Assembly: GCF_017312365.1 (NCBI RefSeq)
Contig: NZ_BLJI01000001.1
Coordinates: 461,417-485,416, forward strand
Length of the DNA stretch: 24,000 nucleotides
Direction of reading: 5' to 3'
Source: Chroococcus sp. FPU101
GTDB lineage: Bacteria > Cyanobacteriota > Cyanobacteriia > Cyanobacteriales > Microcystaceae
Shown here: piece by piece, positions 23,568-24,000 of the stretch
Position numbering within the stretch: position 1 is the stretch's first letter
Layout of the letters: every line of letters begins with the position of its first letter
Translations under genes and position numbers: made by a program
The notes under the pieces: model-generated
What the model was told of the DNA's origin: nothing
Seen by the model: only the letters and a program-made list of their open reading frames with translations
Databases searched by the model: none

Positions 23568-24000
23568 ATGACTCAAGAAAAATTTTTAAACAATCTTTAT
23601 AATCGGCTTTTATTTGTTCTCGTTTTTTTAGCACTTGCGTCCTCATTTTGGTTCTACAGTAGTCTTGTCAGAATTATTTTAAGTTTGATTCTTGTCATTT
23701 TTATCTATAGTGTTATTCATACTTTTTACCCTCATAAGAAATTTCATCGTAATGCTTATTTAAGTTTTGCTGTTATAACTCTTTGTTCGCAAATTTTGAT
23801 TGAAACCAAACCCAGTTTTTTAGGAAGACCTTTTTTAGTTTTTCTTATTGGAATTATTAATTTATCTTTTTTAGGATTAGCTATTTACTTAATTGCTGAA
23901 AAAGTAGCACAGGCTGATCGGGTTAATGACGATATTCTGAAAGGAGGAATCTGTATTTATTTTTTAATTGGAATTTGGTTTGGTTTTTTATATGAGATGA
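23568..24000 (+). CDS. Multi-TM membrane protein, possibly a potassium/ion-channel family N-terminus, 3'-truncated by the window end
   Basis: The frame is open from ATG 23568 to the window end (not in the ORF track because no stop is reached). It has several hydrophobic helices. ILKGGICIYFLIGIWFGFLYE resembles the helix preceding the pore in 2-TM K+ channel proteins, but the pore motif itself would lie beyond the window. Confidence 0.55.
   Translation, partial: MTQEKFLNNLYNRLLFVLVFLALASSFWFYSSLVRIILSLILVIFIYSVIHTFYPHKKFHRNAYLSFAVITLCSQILIETKPSFLGRPFLVFLIGIINLSFLGLAIYLIAEKVAQADRVNDDILKGGICIYFLIGIWFGFLYEM

Noticed and set aside
1-24000. CRISPR arrays, tRNA/rRNA genes, transposases, integrases, retron or DGR elements
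   Set aside because: Intergenic regions were read on both strands. I saw no repeat-spacer periodicity, cloverleaf-capable segments, reverse transcriptase or recombinase ORFs.

Overview
This is an AT-rich cyanobacterial chromosomal segment. Supporting evidence: ycf4, perfect and near-perfect HIP1 GCGATCGC palindromes, a MEKHLA protein and an apocarotenoid-type oxygenase. I count about 29 protein-coding genes or gene remnants. I saw no rRNA, tRNA, CRISPR array or transposase.

Gene order:
- 1-5700 (+): two translationally coupled hybrid histidine kinases, a hypothetical protein, ycf4 and a lipoprotein cyclophilin.
- 5716-12163 (-): MEKHLA, smpB, a carotenoid oxygenase / DinB / Asp-beta-hydroxylase-like operon, a doubtful small basic ORF, then a tightly packed three-gene module. 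That module is one MotA/ExbB-type proton-channel protein with a ~190 aa coiled-coil tail plus two paralogous ExbD/TolR-like proteins.
- 12251-12460 (-): a 69 aa ORF with a strong Shine-Dalgarno (SD) sequence.
- 12703-15279 (+): an ABC exporter whose N-terminal cNMP-like and C39-like domains both look degenerate.
- 15280-18640: a small accessory islet holding an HTH / NB-ARC / TPR STAND NTPase, flanked by toxin-antitoxin debris.
- 18665-24000: di-iron protein plus uppS, a Zn-ribbon/jelly-roll membrane protein, a ManC-type cupin, rpsN, a hypothetical protein, aat and a 3'-truncated channel-like membrane protein.

The best candidates for something undescribed are the stator-like MotA/ExbB-tail plus 2x ExbD module, the catalytically dead C39-like ABC exporter, and the STAND NTPase islet. 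All domain calls are by-eye motif recognition. No searches were run.
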